Notes: generated by a model from the letters alone, not told the origin. A DNA stretch of 64,000 bases from Gammaproteobacteria bacterium (GCA_041589455.1 JBFHVQ010000002.1:9120-73119); one strand, 5' to 3'; numbered from the stretch's first letter, positions 20,121 through 30,399 are shown. Translations and numbers: made by a program.

Positions 20121-21065
20121 TCAGGCCGTTTCACCAGCCATTTTATTAAATGCTATTCTACGCCTTAGCCAGCTACTTGCTATGGCTGCTGTTAAAATAC
20201 ACCACACTGCAAACAGAGCTCCCGGTAGCGCAGATTCTGCAGGAAAATGCTTTAACGCTAAAGCCACACCCATACCCGCATTTTGCATACCCAGTTCTAT
20301 CATTAATGTAATTCTATACAGCTTTTCGAATCCATATAAACCCGAAAGATACCAGCCAAGTAAATACCCCAGAATATTCACCAGCACCACACCCAGCATA
20401 ACTGACCAGACCATATCAGAAATACGCTGCTGATTTGCCGCAACGGCGTAACTACAGATTATGACAATGGATAAGGCCGCAATACCTGGTGCCAGATTTC
20501 TCGCACTCTCTAAGTAACGCCCCAACCATCTCTGAACCAGGAGTCCAAGCATTAATGGCAATAAGACTGTTTGTAGAATCGTCATCATTAGTGGCCAGAA
20601 TTCTACGGGTAAAATCGCCCCCCCTAGCACCTTCACCAGAAACGGCGTCAACAAAGGCGATAATAGTGTTGCTACTGTAGTCAGAGTAACCGAAAAGGCC
20701 ACTGCACCGCCCGCCAGAAAAACAATCACATTACTGGCCATAGCACCAGGCGCACAACCAACGATAATAAAACCAATCGCAATAGCTGGTGTAAAGCCCG
20801 GATATTGTGCCACCAGGTAAACCAATAATGGCATTACACTAAACTGACTCAGTACACCTAATGCTACTCGCCGCGGCTGAACGATTTCATTTTGTAGATC
20901 TCTGGCATTCAGCACCAGACCTAAAGCAAACATAGTGGCTGCAAAGAACCAGAGAAAATATCCCTTAAACACCAGAAAAACTGGGGGATAGAGATAAGCG
21001 ATTATGGCTCCCAGCAAAGTTAAAGCCGCAAGCTGACTGGCAATAAAGCTAAAAATTTTCTGCAT
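20121..21065 (-). CDS. bile acid:Na+ symporter (BASS) family transporter, second paralogue
   Basis: Same architecture and motifs as 14379-15284 (GCAPGAMASNV, ELGMQNAGMG). Confidence 0.85.
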   Translation of the reverse strand: MQKIFSFIASQLAALTLLGAIIAYLYPPVFLVFKGYFLWFFAATMFALGLVLNARDLQNEIVQPRRVALGVLSQFSVMPLLVYLVAQYPGFTPAIAIGFIIVGCAPGAMASNVIVFLAGGAVAFSVTLTTVATLLSPLLTPFLVKVLGGAILPVEFWPLMMTILQTVLLPLMLGLLVQRWLGRYLESARNLAPGIAALSIVIICSYAVAANQQRISDMVWSVMLGVVLVNILGYLLGWYLSGLYGFEKLYRITLMIELGMQNAGMGVALALKHFPAESALPGALFAVWCILTAAIASSWLRRRIAFNKMAGETA

Positions 21066-21079
21066 ACTAATGATCTAAC

Positions 21080-21562
21080 CTAAAATGCTTTCAAACCTGT
21101 ATTAATAGCTTTAATAACATCTTGCTCTACTTCAAGAAGAATACGTTTCGCAGGACTGGTCGCTGCAATAACACTTGGTCTGGCAAAAACCACATAACTC
21201 TTACCCTGCTTTTCGTAAAGCCCGATTCGTAACGGACACAATGAGAGCATATCCGGGTCTGCATTACTTACTTCATTGGCATACCAGGCATTGCAAAATA
21301 CCATGCTACGAATACTGCTCAGTTGATTACGGTTATAATTTGCACCCCATCGCTCAGAAAAACGCTTCAGGTTGTTACTAATTTCTGGCTCAAAAACAAC
21401 AAAAAAACGCGCATCTTCCAGTGCTTTATAAATAGCCGGATAGACTTTTTCCATTGGCACACTTACCTCACGTTTGAAAACGTTAGATGACTCAGCTTTC
21501 AAAATAGATAACGGCGCCATTAACATCAGCATTAACAGGCCTGATAAGATTGCTTTAAACAT
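21080..21562 (-). CDS. secreted DUF302-like protein
   Basis: Signal peptide from MFKAILSGLLMLMLMAPLSILKA with a CAGGGG SD. Length and pattern resemble DUF302; the assignment is from memory only. Confidence 0.5.
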   Translation of the reverse strand: MFKAILSGLLMLMLMAPLSILKAESSNVFKREVSVPMEKVYPAIYKALEDARFFVVFEPEISNNLKRFSERWGANYNRNQLSSIRSMVFCNAWYANEVSNADPDMLSLCPLRIGLYEKQGKSYVVFARPSVIAATSPAKRILLEVEQDVIKAINTGLKAF

Positions 21563-21585
21563 GGAATTGCCCCTGTATAGATTGA

Positions 21586-22668
<1,083 letters not shown>

Positions 22669-22674
22669 CCCACT

Positions 22675-23502
22675 ATGCCAACAGATCATTATGCGGTTAT
22701 TGGTAACCCCATTGGCCATAGCAAATCACCTCAGATACACACTGCCTTCGCTGAACAAACCGATGAATCACTGGTTTACACTGCGGAGCTGGTTGAAATC
22801 GGCAAGGTAGCCGAGTTTGTAAATCACTTTATCCAAAACCAGGGAAAAGGACTCAATGTCACTGTGCCATTCAAACAGGATGCTTTTGAGTTGGCCACTC
22901 AGTTAAGTGATCGCGCGCAACGCGCTGGCGCGGTCAATACACTGGTTCTAGAGGGTTCAACTATATATGGTGACACCACCGATGGCATCGGCCTGCTTAA
23001 TGATCTTACAAAAAACCACCAGCAAGCCATACAGGGCAAGCGTATATTAATTATTGGCGCAGGCGGCGCGGTCAGAGGGGTACTGGAGCCACTATTAGAA
23101 CAAAATCCAGACTGCCTCGTCATTGCCAACCGAACCGTCGCAAAGGCACAGCAACTCGCTCATGACTTTGCCAGCTTTGGCAATATTTCAGCCTGTGGTT
23201 ACGACGAGCTGCAGGGGCAGCAATTTGAAATCATTATCAACGGAACGTCAGCTAGCCTGACTGGTGAATTACCACCATTAGCCGATGGCTTGCTAGCGCC
23301 TGGTGCTTGCGCTTATGACATGATGTATGGGGCGGACGATACACCCTTTATGAGCTGGGCTCGATCACAAGGTGCTACTCACATTTTTGATGGTCTGGGA
23401 ATGCTGGTCGAGCAGGCAGCGGAATCCTTTTATATCTGGAGAAAAAAACGCCCCGAGACTCGAGACGTTATTCAGATGTTGCGCCAGGCGATTAACGCCT
23501 GA
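22675..23502 (+). CDS. aroE: shikimate dehydrogenase
   Basis: YAVIGNPIGHSKSPQIH, NVTVPFK and GAGGAVRG motifs. Confidence 0.92.
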   Translation: MPTDHYAVIGNPIGHSKSPQIHTAFAEQTDESLVYTAELVEIGKVAEFVNHFIQNQGKGLNVTVPFKQDAFELATQLSDRAQRAGAVNTLVLEGSTIYGDTTDGIGLLNDLTKNHQQAIQGKRILIIGAGGAVRGVLEPLLEQNPDCLVIANRTVAKAQQLAHDFASFGNISACGYDELQGQQFEIIINGTSASLTGELPPLADGLLAPGACAYDMMYGADDTPFMSWARSQGATHIFDGLGMLVEQAAESFYIWRKKRPETRDVIQMLRQAINA

Positions 23503-23531
23503 GCACAACTTGGCGGATTCGGCAGGCTCGC

Positions 23532-23933
23532 TTACACCTGATGCTCAGGCGGAATCACCACCTGCATTTCTGCTGATTTCCAGGCAGCAAGACCACCATT
23601 AATGTTTTTCACATTTTTAAAACCCATCTGCTTCAGCACCGATGCGGCCATTGCTGCACGTCCAGAGGTTGCACAAAAGGTTAGCCATTTTTTATCACGA
23701 TCCATCATGTGTGTATTTTTACCCGGGTACTGACGATCACAGGCCGCCTCAAGAATCCCTCTGGGTAAATTCAGCGCACCATCAATTGTCCCAGCATGAT
23801 ATTCAGCCGGCTCCCTGACATCCAGCACCTGATAACCTTCATCCAGCAGGCTAACCACTTCATTCACTTCGACTTCTTCAATTTGTGACTTTGCTGCTTT
23901 AACAAAGTCCATCAGTGTTTTTTCTTCACTCAT
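23532..23933 (-). CDS. single-domain rhodanese sulfurtransferase
   Basis: DVREPAEY...GAL and catalytic loop FCATSGRAA. The start is uncertain: ATG 23933 or the TTG at 23960, which overlaps the upstream stop. Confidence 0.85.
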   Translation of the reverse strand: MSEEKTLMDFVKAAKSQIEEVEVNEVVSLLDEGYQVLDVREPAEYHAGTIDGALNLPRGILEAACDRQYPGKNTHMMDRDKKWLTFCATSGRAAMAASVLKQMGFKNVKNINGGLAAWKSAEMQVVIPPEHQV

Positions 23934-23956
23934 ACCGCTTTTCTCTCGTTTCTCAT

Positions 23957-24379
23957 TCAATGCTTCAGCACAGACGACACCTTAACGGGCTCCTCAATCT
24001 GTGTAAATTCAAATTGTTGCTGTTCCATTATGTTGCCACCCTCATCGAGTACGGACACCTGCCATGCTCCCATCCAGTTCGATTGCATGTTTTTAGTAGA
24101 CCAGGTACGCCAACGTTGAGCGCCAATTTCAAATGACACCTCTGCCATTAATTTCCCATTATATTCCCATCTATGGGTAATAGTATGCCCTTTCAAGCCT
24201 CGTAACTCAGTAAAGTAGTACACTCGACTTAGCTCATTACTCACTTGCTGAAGGTTTGATACCGGTTCCTTATTAATAACACCCGTTGTAATTATGCTTC
24301 GTCTTACACCGGTTTCTGCCATCACCCAGGCAGGCAACAACCCTGCCAGTAACAGAATCCATACCATCTTTTGCTTCAT
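23957..24379 (-). CDS. secreted hypothetical protein (DUF2914-like)
   Basis: Signal peptide MKQKMVWILLLAGLLPAWVMA. The VYYFTEL...HRWEYNG pattern resembles DUF2914 from memory. Confidence 0.4.
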   Translation of the reverse strand: MKQKMVWILLLAGLLPAWVMAETGVRRSIITTGVINKEPVSNLQQVSNELSRVYYFTELRGLKGHTITHRWEYNGKLMAEVSFEIGAQRWRTWSTKNMQSNWMGAWQVSVLDEGGNIMEQQQFEFTQIEEPVKVSSVLKH

Positions 24380-24448
24380 TCTCCCCCCTTACCAAACTGC
24401 ATTTATTTACTATCTTTGATTTTTATATTTTTCAACATCAACAAGCTT

Positions 24449-24985
24449 TCAGTTATCCGTCAGATATTCGTCTTTCAGACCGACATAGTGTTGTGCAGAA
24501 TAACTTAAAAAATCTCTTTCTTTCTGGTTCAGCTCCCTAACCTGCCGTGCTGGTGAACCCAAATATAGATACCCTCCCTGAAGTACCTTACCCGGTGAAA
24601 CAACACTGCCTGCTCCCACCATAGTCCCTTCCTCAATCACTGCGCCATCCAGTATCACAGAGCCCATACCAATCAGGCATCGATCTTCTATTATGCACGC
24701 ATGTATCACCGCACTATGGCCAATAGTGACATCTGAACCAATGTGCAGGGCGTTACCCTCAGGACTCAACGGCCCTTTATGCGTCACATGCAAGACACTG
24801 CCATCCTGTATATTGGTGCGGTCACCAATGCGTATAATATTCACATCACCGCGGATAGCCACCATTGGCCAGACTGAACAATCCTCACCGATGACAACAT
24901 CACCAATAACCGCGGCAGCAATATCAACATATGTACGCTCACCGATAACAGGCATGATATTTTTGAAAGGGCGAATATGATTCAT
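24449..24985 (-). CDS. gamma-carbonic-anhydrase-family (YrdA-like) hexapeptide protein
   Basis: Collinear with E. coli YrdA (IRGDVN.I.IGDRTNIQDGSVLHVTH...GYLYLGSPA). Confidence 0.9.
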   Translation of the reverse strand: MNHIRPFKNIMPVIGERTYVDIAAAVIGDVVIGEDCSVWPMVAIRGDVNIIRIGDRTNIQDGSVLHVTHKGPLSPEGNALHIGSDVTIGHSAVIHACIIEDRCLIGMGSVILDGAVIEEGTMVGAGSVVSPGKVLQGGYLYLGSPARQVRELNQKERDFLSYSAQHYVGLKDEYLTDN

Positions 24986-25088
24986 GGATAACTGATTAAC
25001 CTTGAGTTTTTAAAATGCCCATATTTCAAAACACACATAGGCAATTTGTTAATAAACGCAGGCTACACCGAAAAAACGGTTGCTGCAA

Positions 25089-25451
25089 TCACTCGGGCGA
25101 GTGATAGGACAAGCGATTCAGGATCTTTTCCCTAAGTGCCTGAGTGCTTTCAATCTGGTCTATTTCAGTCTTACTCATCCAGAGTTTAAAGTCATTTCCC
25201 TGTTGTTCATATATCGCAGGAAAGGGGCCTCTCAAGCCAGTTTCCTCGGCAAACTGATCACGATGCAAAAAACGGATTTCGCTATTCATTTGCTGAAGAA
25301 AGCTGGACCACTCATCACGCATAGTAAAGTAACCATGAGTGAGTTCGCACAAATGGCACTGATAAGTATCGGGTGAAACTATTTTATGGCCAATATCTGC
25401 CAATGTATTAAATACGCCACTATCTGCGTTATAGACAAACACCAGCTGCAT
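25089..25451 (-). CDS. hypothetical CxxC protein (possible thioredoxin-fold)
   Basis: AGGAG SD 6 nt before ATG 25451 and 11 nt after the ArsR stop. MQLVFVYNADSG...YQCHLCELTHG contains a CHLC motif. Confidence 0.5.
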   Translation of the reverse strand: MQLVFVYNADSGVFNTLADIGHKIVSPDTYQCHLCELTHGYFTMRDEWSSFLQQMNSEIRFLHRDQFAEETGLRGPFPAIYEQQGNDFKLWMSKTEIDQIESTQALREKILNRLSYHSPE

Positions 25452-25462
25452 TTTAGCTCCTG

Positions 25463-26122
25463 CTATTCTGTTGACGATTCGACAGGGTATCCTGCACTTT
25501 TCCATTCCGGAAAGCCTTCTTCAAGACGACTCGCAGTGAAACCCATTTTCCGCAATTGCTCCACTGCATCAAAGGAATACACACAGTAAGGCCCTCTGCA
25601 ATAAGCCACTACCTGACGCCCCGGGTCTATTTGCCTTAAACGCTCCTGCAGCTGATCCGGTGGAACATTAATCGCACCAGGCAGGTGCCCCGACGCAAAC
25701 TCATCTGCAGGACGAACATCTATCACCGTTACCTGGCCTTGCTCCACCTGCTTACAGAGCTCTTCGCGAGGTAGTGGTGGGCTCTGGTCTTTCTCACCCA
25801 GATAGGAGCCTGCTAACAGATTTACATCCGCCAGATGCCGCTCCGATACTACTCTAAGCATTCTTAGCAGCTCCACCACGTCATCACTGTTAATACGGTA
25901 AAAAACCTTTAGCCCTCGTTTATGGCTTTGTACCAGGCCCGCCTGACGGAGCTGCTGCAGGTGCTGAGAGGTATTGGCGACACTCAGGCCCGATAGCCCG
26001 GAAAGCTCTTCAACACTACGCTCTGCCTGAGCCAGGTAATCCAGTATCTGCAGACGGTTTGCATTACTAAGCGCCTTGCCTATGCGGGAGAACTGGCCAA
26101 ACAGCTCCTCTTTAAAACTCAT
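25463..26122 (-). CDS. ArsR/SmtB-family regulator fused to a C-terminal rhodanese domain
   Basis: Winged HTH (ALSNANRLQILDYL...SVANTSQHLQQLRQAGLV) with no Cys. The C-terminal rhodanese has a YCRGPYC loop. Confidence 0.88.
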   Translation of the reverse strand: MSFKEELFGQFSRIGKALSNANRLQILDYLAQAERSVEELSGLSGLSVANTSQHLQQLRQAGLVQSHKRGLKVFYRINSDDVVELLRMLRVVSERHLADVNLLAGSYLGEKDQSPPLPREELCKQVEQGQVTVIDVRPADEFASGHLPGAINVPPDQLQERLRQIDPGRQVVAYCRGPYCVYSFDAVEQLRKMGFTASRLEEGFPEWKSAGYPVESSTE

Positions 26123-26160
26123 TCATATCACCTCTAATAGATAGATTAGATTTTATGCTG

Positions 26161-26189
26161 TTGACTGATGTTTGACTATTTATTATTCT
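26161..26189 (+). promoter_or_regulatory. candidate sigma70 promoter of the hydroxylase-to-arsM operon
   Basis: TTGACT (26161-26166), 17-nt spacer, TATTCT (26184-26189). Confidence 0.4.
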
Positions 26190-26216
26190 ACTATTCAATT
26201 ATTCAATTGAATAGTA
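26189..26216. promoter_or_regulatory. 12-4-12 perfect inverted repeat, candidate ArsR-type operator
   Basis: TACTATTCAATT-attc-AATTGAATAGTA. It contains the 14-bp palindrome TATTCAATTGAATA and abuts the candidate -10 in the divergent intergenic region. Confidence 0.5.
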
Positions 26217-26257
26217 TATATTAAGCATATGTCCACCAGTTAACTCCCAGAGGCTCT

Positions 26258-27124
26258 ATGAACAGTATTGAAACCTTGATAATTGAAAATGAAGGCACCA
26301 TCAGACTTGCCGTCTTTATCGGTATGCTGGTTCTTATGGGGCTCTGGGAATGGCTAGCCCCCAGGCGTGCACCCAAATTATCCAAACTACTGCGATGGAG
26401 CCATAATCTGGGACTGGTTTTTCTCAACAGCCTGCTACTAAGGCTAATTTTCCCTGCTGCTGCTGTTGGCATGGCCAGCTTTACCAGTGAATACCAATGG
26501 GGGCTATTCAATACTGTAGATCTACCCTTTATCATCGAGATCATCGCTGCAGTGATTCTGCTTGACCTGATAATCTATCTACAACATGTGCTGGTACATG
26601 CCGTTCCTGTCCTGTGGCGGCTGCATCGAGTACATCATGCAGACCTTGATTATGATGTCACCACTGGCATCCGCTTTCACCCCATTGAAATCATTCTCTC
26701 CATGGTCATCAAATTTGCTGCCATTGCCGCTCTGGGCCCTGCGGTAGTTGCGGTGATTATTTTTGAAGTACTGCTGAACGGTATGGCGATGTTTAATCAC
26801 GGCAATATACAACTCCCGGAATCACTGGATAAACTACTTCGATTAATTATCGTGACTCCGGATATGCACCGCGTACATCACTCTGTTGAGAACGATGAAA
26901 CCAATAGCAATTTTGGATTCAACCTAAGCGTGTGGGATCGCATCTTTGGAACCTATCGCCAGCAGCCTCGTCTTAGCCATGAGACCATGCAAATAGGCAT
27001 TCATCACTTTACCGAAAGCTCACAGACCAATCAGCTACCCGGAATGTTAATGATCCCTTTTCAGGGGGACTCAACTGGCTATGCCATTAATCGCCGCAGC
27101 TGGAGCAAAGACGATGAAAAATAA
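26258..27124 (+). CDS. membrane fatty acid hydroxylase / sterol desaturase family di-iron enzyme
   Basis: His boxes HVLVH, HRVHH and HRVHH within a polytopic membrane protein. Confidence 0.85.
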   Translation: MNSIETLIIENEGTIRLAVFIGMLVLMGLWEWLAPRRAPKLSKLLRWSHNLGLVFLNSLLLRLIFPAAAVGMASFTSEYQWGLFNTVDLPFIIEIIAAVILLDLIIYLQHVLVHAVPVLWRLHRVHHADLDYDVTTGIRFHPIEIILSMVIKFAAIAALGPAVVAVIIFEVLLNGMAMFNHGNIQLPESLDKLLRLIIVTPDMHRVHHSVENDETNSNFGFNLSVWDRIFGTYRQQPRLSHETMQIGIHHFTESSQTNQLPGMLMIPFQGDSTGYAINRRSWSKDDEK

Positions 27125-28082
27125 AACCCTACGCTTACTCGCTTTCATTCTGTTAGCCTGCTTGGTCTCTCTGGCGCTGCTTAATCGTGACGCCCTGAAT
27201 ATCGACATGATAGAGCAAAATTTGCAACAGGCTGGCGCCTCTGCGCCGCTGATATTTATGTTGATTTACATTGCCAGCACCGTCCTGTTTTTACCCGGCT
27301 CTCTACTAACCCTGCTGGGCGGGGCATTATTTGGCCCTGTGCTGGGCACACTCTATAGCCTGAGTGCTGCAACACTGGGTGCAATAGCGGCCTTTATGAT
27401 TGCCCGCTATCTGGCATCAGACTGGGTCACTCGAAAATCTGCCGGTCGCCTTCAGCAGCTAATCCAGGGAGTAGAACAGGAAGGCTGGCGCTTTGTAGCC
27501 TTTACACGACTGGTCCCCCTGTTTCCATTTAACCTGCTCAACTATGCCCTCGGTCTCACCCGAATAAGCGTAACTCAATACAGTATTGCCACCTTTATTT
27601 TTATGCTGCCAGGAGCTGTGGCTTACACTTATCTGGGATATATGGGCAAAGAACTGGCTACAGGTGGTAGCGACCTTGTGCAAAAAATTATGCTTGCACT
27701 AGCACTTCTGGCAACAGTTGCCTTTATCCCTCGCCTGGTAAATCGCATGCGAAGCCGACCAGAGATGCTGGACATAACGGAACTAAAACAGCAAATGGAT
27801 GAACAACAAAAAATATTACTACTGGATGTGCGCACCACTGACGACTACCATGGCGAACAGGGACATATTGCCGGCTCCATGCTGATCCCGCTGGAACAGC
27901 TGCCACAACAAATTGAGCTCCTGGAAGCCTATCGTGATAAGCCGATTGTAACAATCTGTCGAACTGACAGACGCTCCTCTACAGCCGCCAAAATATTATC
28001 TAAAATGGGTTTTAATCATGTTAAGGTAGCACGCATGGGCATGACTGACTGGATCAAACAGCAATATCCCATCGAAAAATAA
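27114..28082 (+). CDS. TVP38/TMEM64 (DedA-superfamily) membrane protein fused to a C-terminal rhodanese domain
   Basis: LPGSLLTLLGGALFG and RLVPLFPFNLLNYALG TVP38 motifs. C-terminal LLLDVRT...ICRTDRRS rhodanese. GGAG SD, and ATG 27114 overlaps the upstream gene by 11 nt. Confidence 0.85.
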   Translation: MKNKTLRLLAFILLACLVSLALLNRDALNIDMIEQNLQQAGASAPLIFMLIYIASTVLFLPGSLLTLLGGALFGPVLGTLYSLSAATLGAIAAFMIARYLASDWVTRKSAGRLQQLIQGVEQEGWRFVAFTRLVPLFPFNLLNYALGLTRISVTQYSIATFIFMLPGAVAYTYLGYMGKELATGGSDLVQKIMLALALLATVAFIPRLVNRMRSRPEMLDITELKQQMDEQQKILLLDVRTTDDYHGEQGHIAGSMLIPLEQLPQQIELLEAYRDKPIVTICRTDRRSSTAAKILSKMGFNHVKVARMGMTDWIKQQYPIEK

Positions 28083-28098
28083 TTACAGATAAAGAACT

Positions 28099-29061
28099 AT
28101 GCACGATACCAAACCACTTTTATTGAAAACGGATTTTCCTGCTTTGCGTCGTAGCAATCTGGATACCCTGCAACTTAACCTTGGCTACACCTGCAACCAG
28201 AGTTGTCAGCATTGCCATGTCAACGCAGGCCCCAATAGAAAAGAACAGATGTCACTTGAAACACTCGAACAAATTCTGACATTTGCAAAGCTTCACTCAA
28301 TTAAGAAACTCGACCTAACCGGTGGTGCACCAGAACTCAACCCGCATTTCCGCTGGCTAATAGAACAGGCATCCAGGCACGGCATTCATGTAATTGATCG
28401 CTGCAATTTAACTATATTAACGGAACAGAACCAGCATGACCTGGCGGAATTTCTGGCACAATATCAGGTAGAAATTGTTGCTTCACTGCCCTGCTATAGT
28501 CAGGAGAATGTTGACAAACAAAGAGGCAAAGGTGTATTTGACCGTAGCATACAGGGACTTAAAATTTTAAATGCTCTGGGTTACGGAAAAAGCAATAATG
28601 ATTTGCAGTTAAATTTAATGTACAACCCCGGCGGTGCATTTTTACCCCCCTCGCAACAAACCCTTGAAGCAGATTATAAACAGAAACTGAAAAATGATTT
28701 TGAAATTGAATTCAATCAACTGCTCACACTAACAAATATGCCAATAATGCGTTTCGGAAGCAGCCTGCTTAGCAAAAATAAATTTGATGACTACATGCAA
28801 CTGCTTAAACAAGCTCACAATGATGACAACCTTGAAACCGTTATGTGTCGGAGCCTGATTAGCATTGACTGGCAAGGATATATCTATGACTGTGATTTCA
28901 ACCAGATGCTTGACATCCCAAGCCAGCTAAAAACCGAGTATAAAACACATATTTCAAAACTTAATTTTGAAACTTTACAAAATAATACTATCGCCATTGC
29001 AGACCATTGCTATGGCTGCACTGCTGGCAACGGATCAAGCTGTGGGGGTGCACTAAGTTAG
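28099..29061 (+). CDS. arsS: radical SAM / Cys-rich domain protein (ArsS-like; rSAM-selenodomain family)
   Basis: CNQSCQHC (CxxxCxxC, residues 32-39) and the C-terminal CYGCTAGNGSSCGG signature. Confidence 0.85.
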   Translation: MHDTKPLLLKTDFPALRRSNLDTLQLNLGYTCNQSCQHCHVNAGPNRKEQMSLETLEQILTFAKLHSIKKLDLTGGAPELNPHFRWLIEQASRHGIHVIDRCNLTILTEQNQHDLAEFLAQYQVEIVASLPCYSQENVDKQRGKGVFDRSIQGLKILNALGYGKSNNDLQLNLMYNPGGAFLPPSQQTLEADYKQKLKNDFEIEFNQLLTLTNMPIMRFGSSLLSKNKFDDYMQLLKQAHNDDNLETVMCRSLISIDWQGYIYDCDFNQMLDIPSQLKTEYKTHISKLNFETLQNNTIAIADHCYGCTAGNGSSCGGALS

Positions 29062-29063
29062 CT

Positions 29064-29768
29064 ATGAAACCCTCACGCATATCAATCATCATACCTTGTC
29101 TTAACGAAGCCAGTTACATTCTTGACACCCTTAAACCTTTACAGGCGCTACGCAGAAGAGGTCATGAGATAATTCTGGTAGATGCGCAAAGCGCAGACAA
29201 CACAGTCGAACTATCTCGCCAACTAGTTGATCTAGTAATAACCTCAGCACCAGGCAGAGCCAGACAAATGAATCATGGCGCACAATATGCCACAGGTGAT
29301 GTCTTATGCTTTATACATGCAGACACAGTTTGCCCAGATCACATTGATCAGTTAATTAGCAACACCCTTTGTCAGTCAAAAAAAACATGGGGGCGCTTTG
29401 ATGTGCAGCTCAGCGGCTCCTTCTGGATATTTAGAATCATTGAATGGATGATGAATAAACGCTCCTGCCTTACAGCTATAGCAACCGGTGACCAGGGTAT
29501 ATTTATCTGCAGGAATATATTCCATAAAATTTCAGGATTCGCTGACATTTCACTGATGGAAGATATCGAAATCTGTAAGCGATTGCGAAAAATTTCACGC
29601 CCTATCTGCGTCAACAAAGGACATTTAATCACCTCAAGTCGACGCTGGGAACAACAGGGCATTCTACGCACTATGTTTTTAATGTGGAGTTTACGCCTAG
29701 GTTATTTTATGGGCTTACCCACAAACACGCTCGCCAGCAAATACCGGACACATGTCTCAGAAAAATAA
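29064..29768 (+). CDS. family-2 glycosyltransferase (rSAM/selenodomain-associated transferase 2-like)
   Basis: ISIIIPCLNE...VDAQSADNT...FIHADT GT-A motifs. Starts 2 nt after the arsS stop. Confidence 0.82.
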   Translation: MKPSRISIIIPCLNEASYILDTLKPLQALRRRGHEIILVDAQSADNTVELSRQLVDLVITSAPGRARQMNHGAQYATGDVLCFIHADTVCPDHIDQLISNTLCQSKKTWGRFDVQLSGSFWIFRIIEWMMNKRSCLTAIATGDQGIFICRNIFHKISGFADISLMEDIEICKRLRKISRPICVNKGHLITSSRRWEQQGILRTMFLMWSLRLGYFMGLPTNTLASKYRTHVSEK

Positions 29769-30384
29769 ACAACTAATCGTTTTTGCAAAATCACCGATTT
29801 CAGGCAGTTGCAAAACAAGACTGATACCCCTACTTGGTGAAAAAGCGACAACCGATCTTTACAAAAAACTTTCTACGCATTGCCTTAACCAGATCAAAGA
29901 AATTAGAAACATTGATATATCATTACAGGTATTTCCTGACACATCACATGATTTTATTCAAAAGCTCAACACACAGTTCAATACAACTCTAAAACCACAA
30001 ACTGGCAATAATCTTGGTGAAAGAATGCATCATGGGATACACTACTCATTAATAAAATATAGCCAGTGCGTACTTATTGGCACAGACTGCCCGGAAATTA
30101 ATTCAGCATATATTGAACGCGCTTTTCATGCACTAGAATCTACAGACATTGTTCTTGGACCCGCCAATGATGGTGGCTATGTCCTGATAGGCGCAAATAA
30201 AATACAACCTGAATTATTTCACAACATTGAGTGGAGCACTGAAAGCGTGCTAAAACAACAAATCAAGAACTGTGAAAACTTAAATTACAGCTATCAACTA
30301 TTACCCGCATTATGGGACCTGGATTTACCTCAGGATTACATCCGGCACCAGAACCGACTTAAGCAACTCTCTATCTTAGAATAA
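29752..30384 (+). CDS. DUF2064 nucleotidyl-transferase-like protein (rSAM/selenodomain-associated transferase 1-like)
   Basis: LIVFAKSPISGSCKTRL N-terminus and GPANDGGYVLIG. Overlaps the upstream gene by 17 nt. Confidence 0.8.
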   Translation: MSQKNKQLIVFAKSPISGSCKTRLIPLLGEKATTDLYKKLSTHCLNQIKEIRNIDISLQVFPDTSHDFIQKLNTQFNTTLKPQTGNNLGERMHHGIHYSLIKYSQCVLIGTDCPEINSAYIERAFHALESTDIVLGPANDGGYVLIGANKIQPELFHNIEWSTESVLKQQIKNCENLNYSYQLLPALWDLDLPQDYIRHQNRLKQLSILE

Positions 30385-30399
30385 ATATTGAGGCCAATT

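Noticed and set aside
28099-29061. Possible selenocysteine recoding in the ArsS-like rSAM/Cys-rich protein, since the family is reported to contain Sec variants
   Set aside because: The signature reads CTAGNGSSCGG with an ordinary TGT Cys codon. There is no in-frame TGA and no obvious SECIS-like hairpin, so this is the Cys form.
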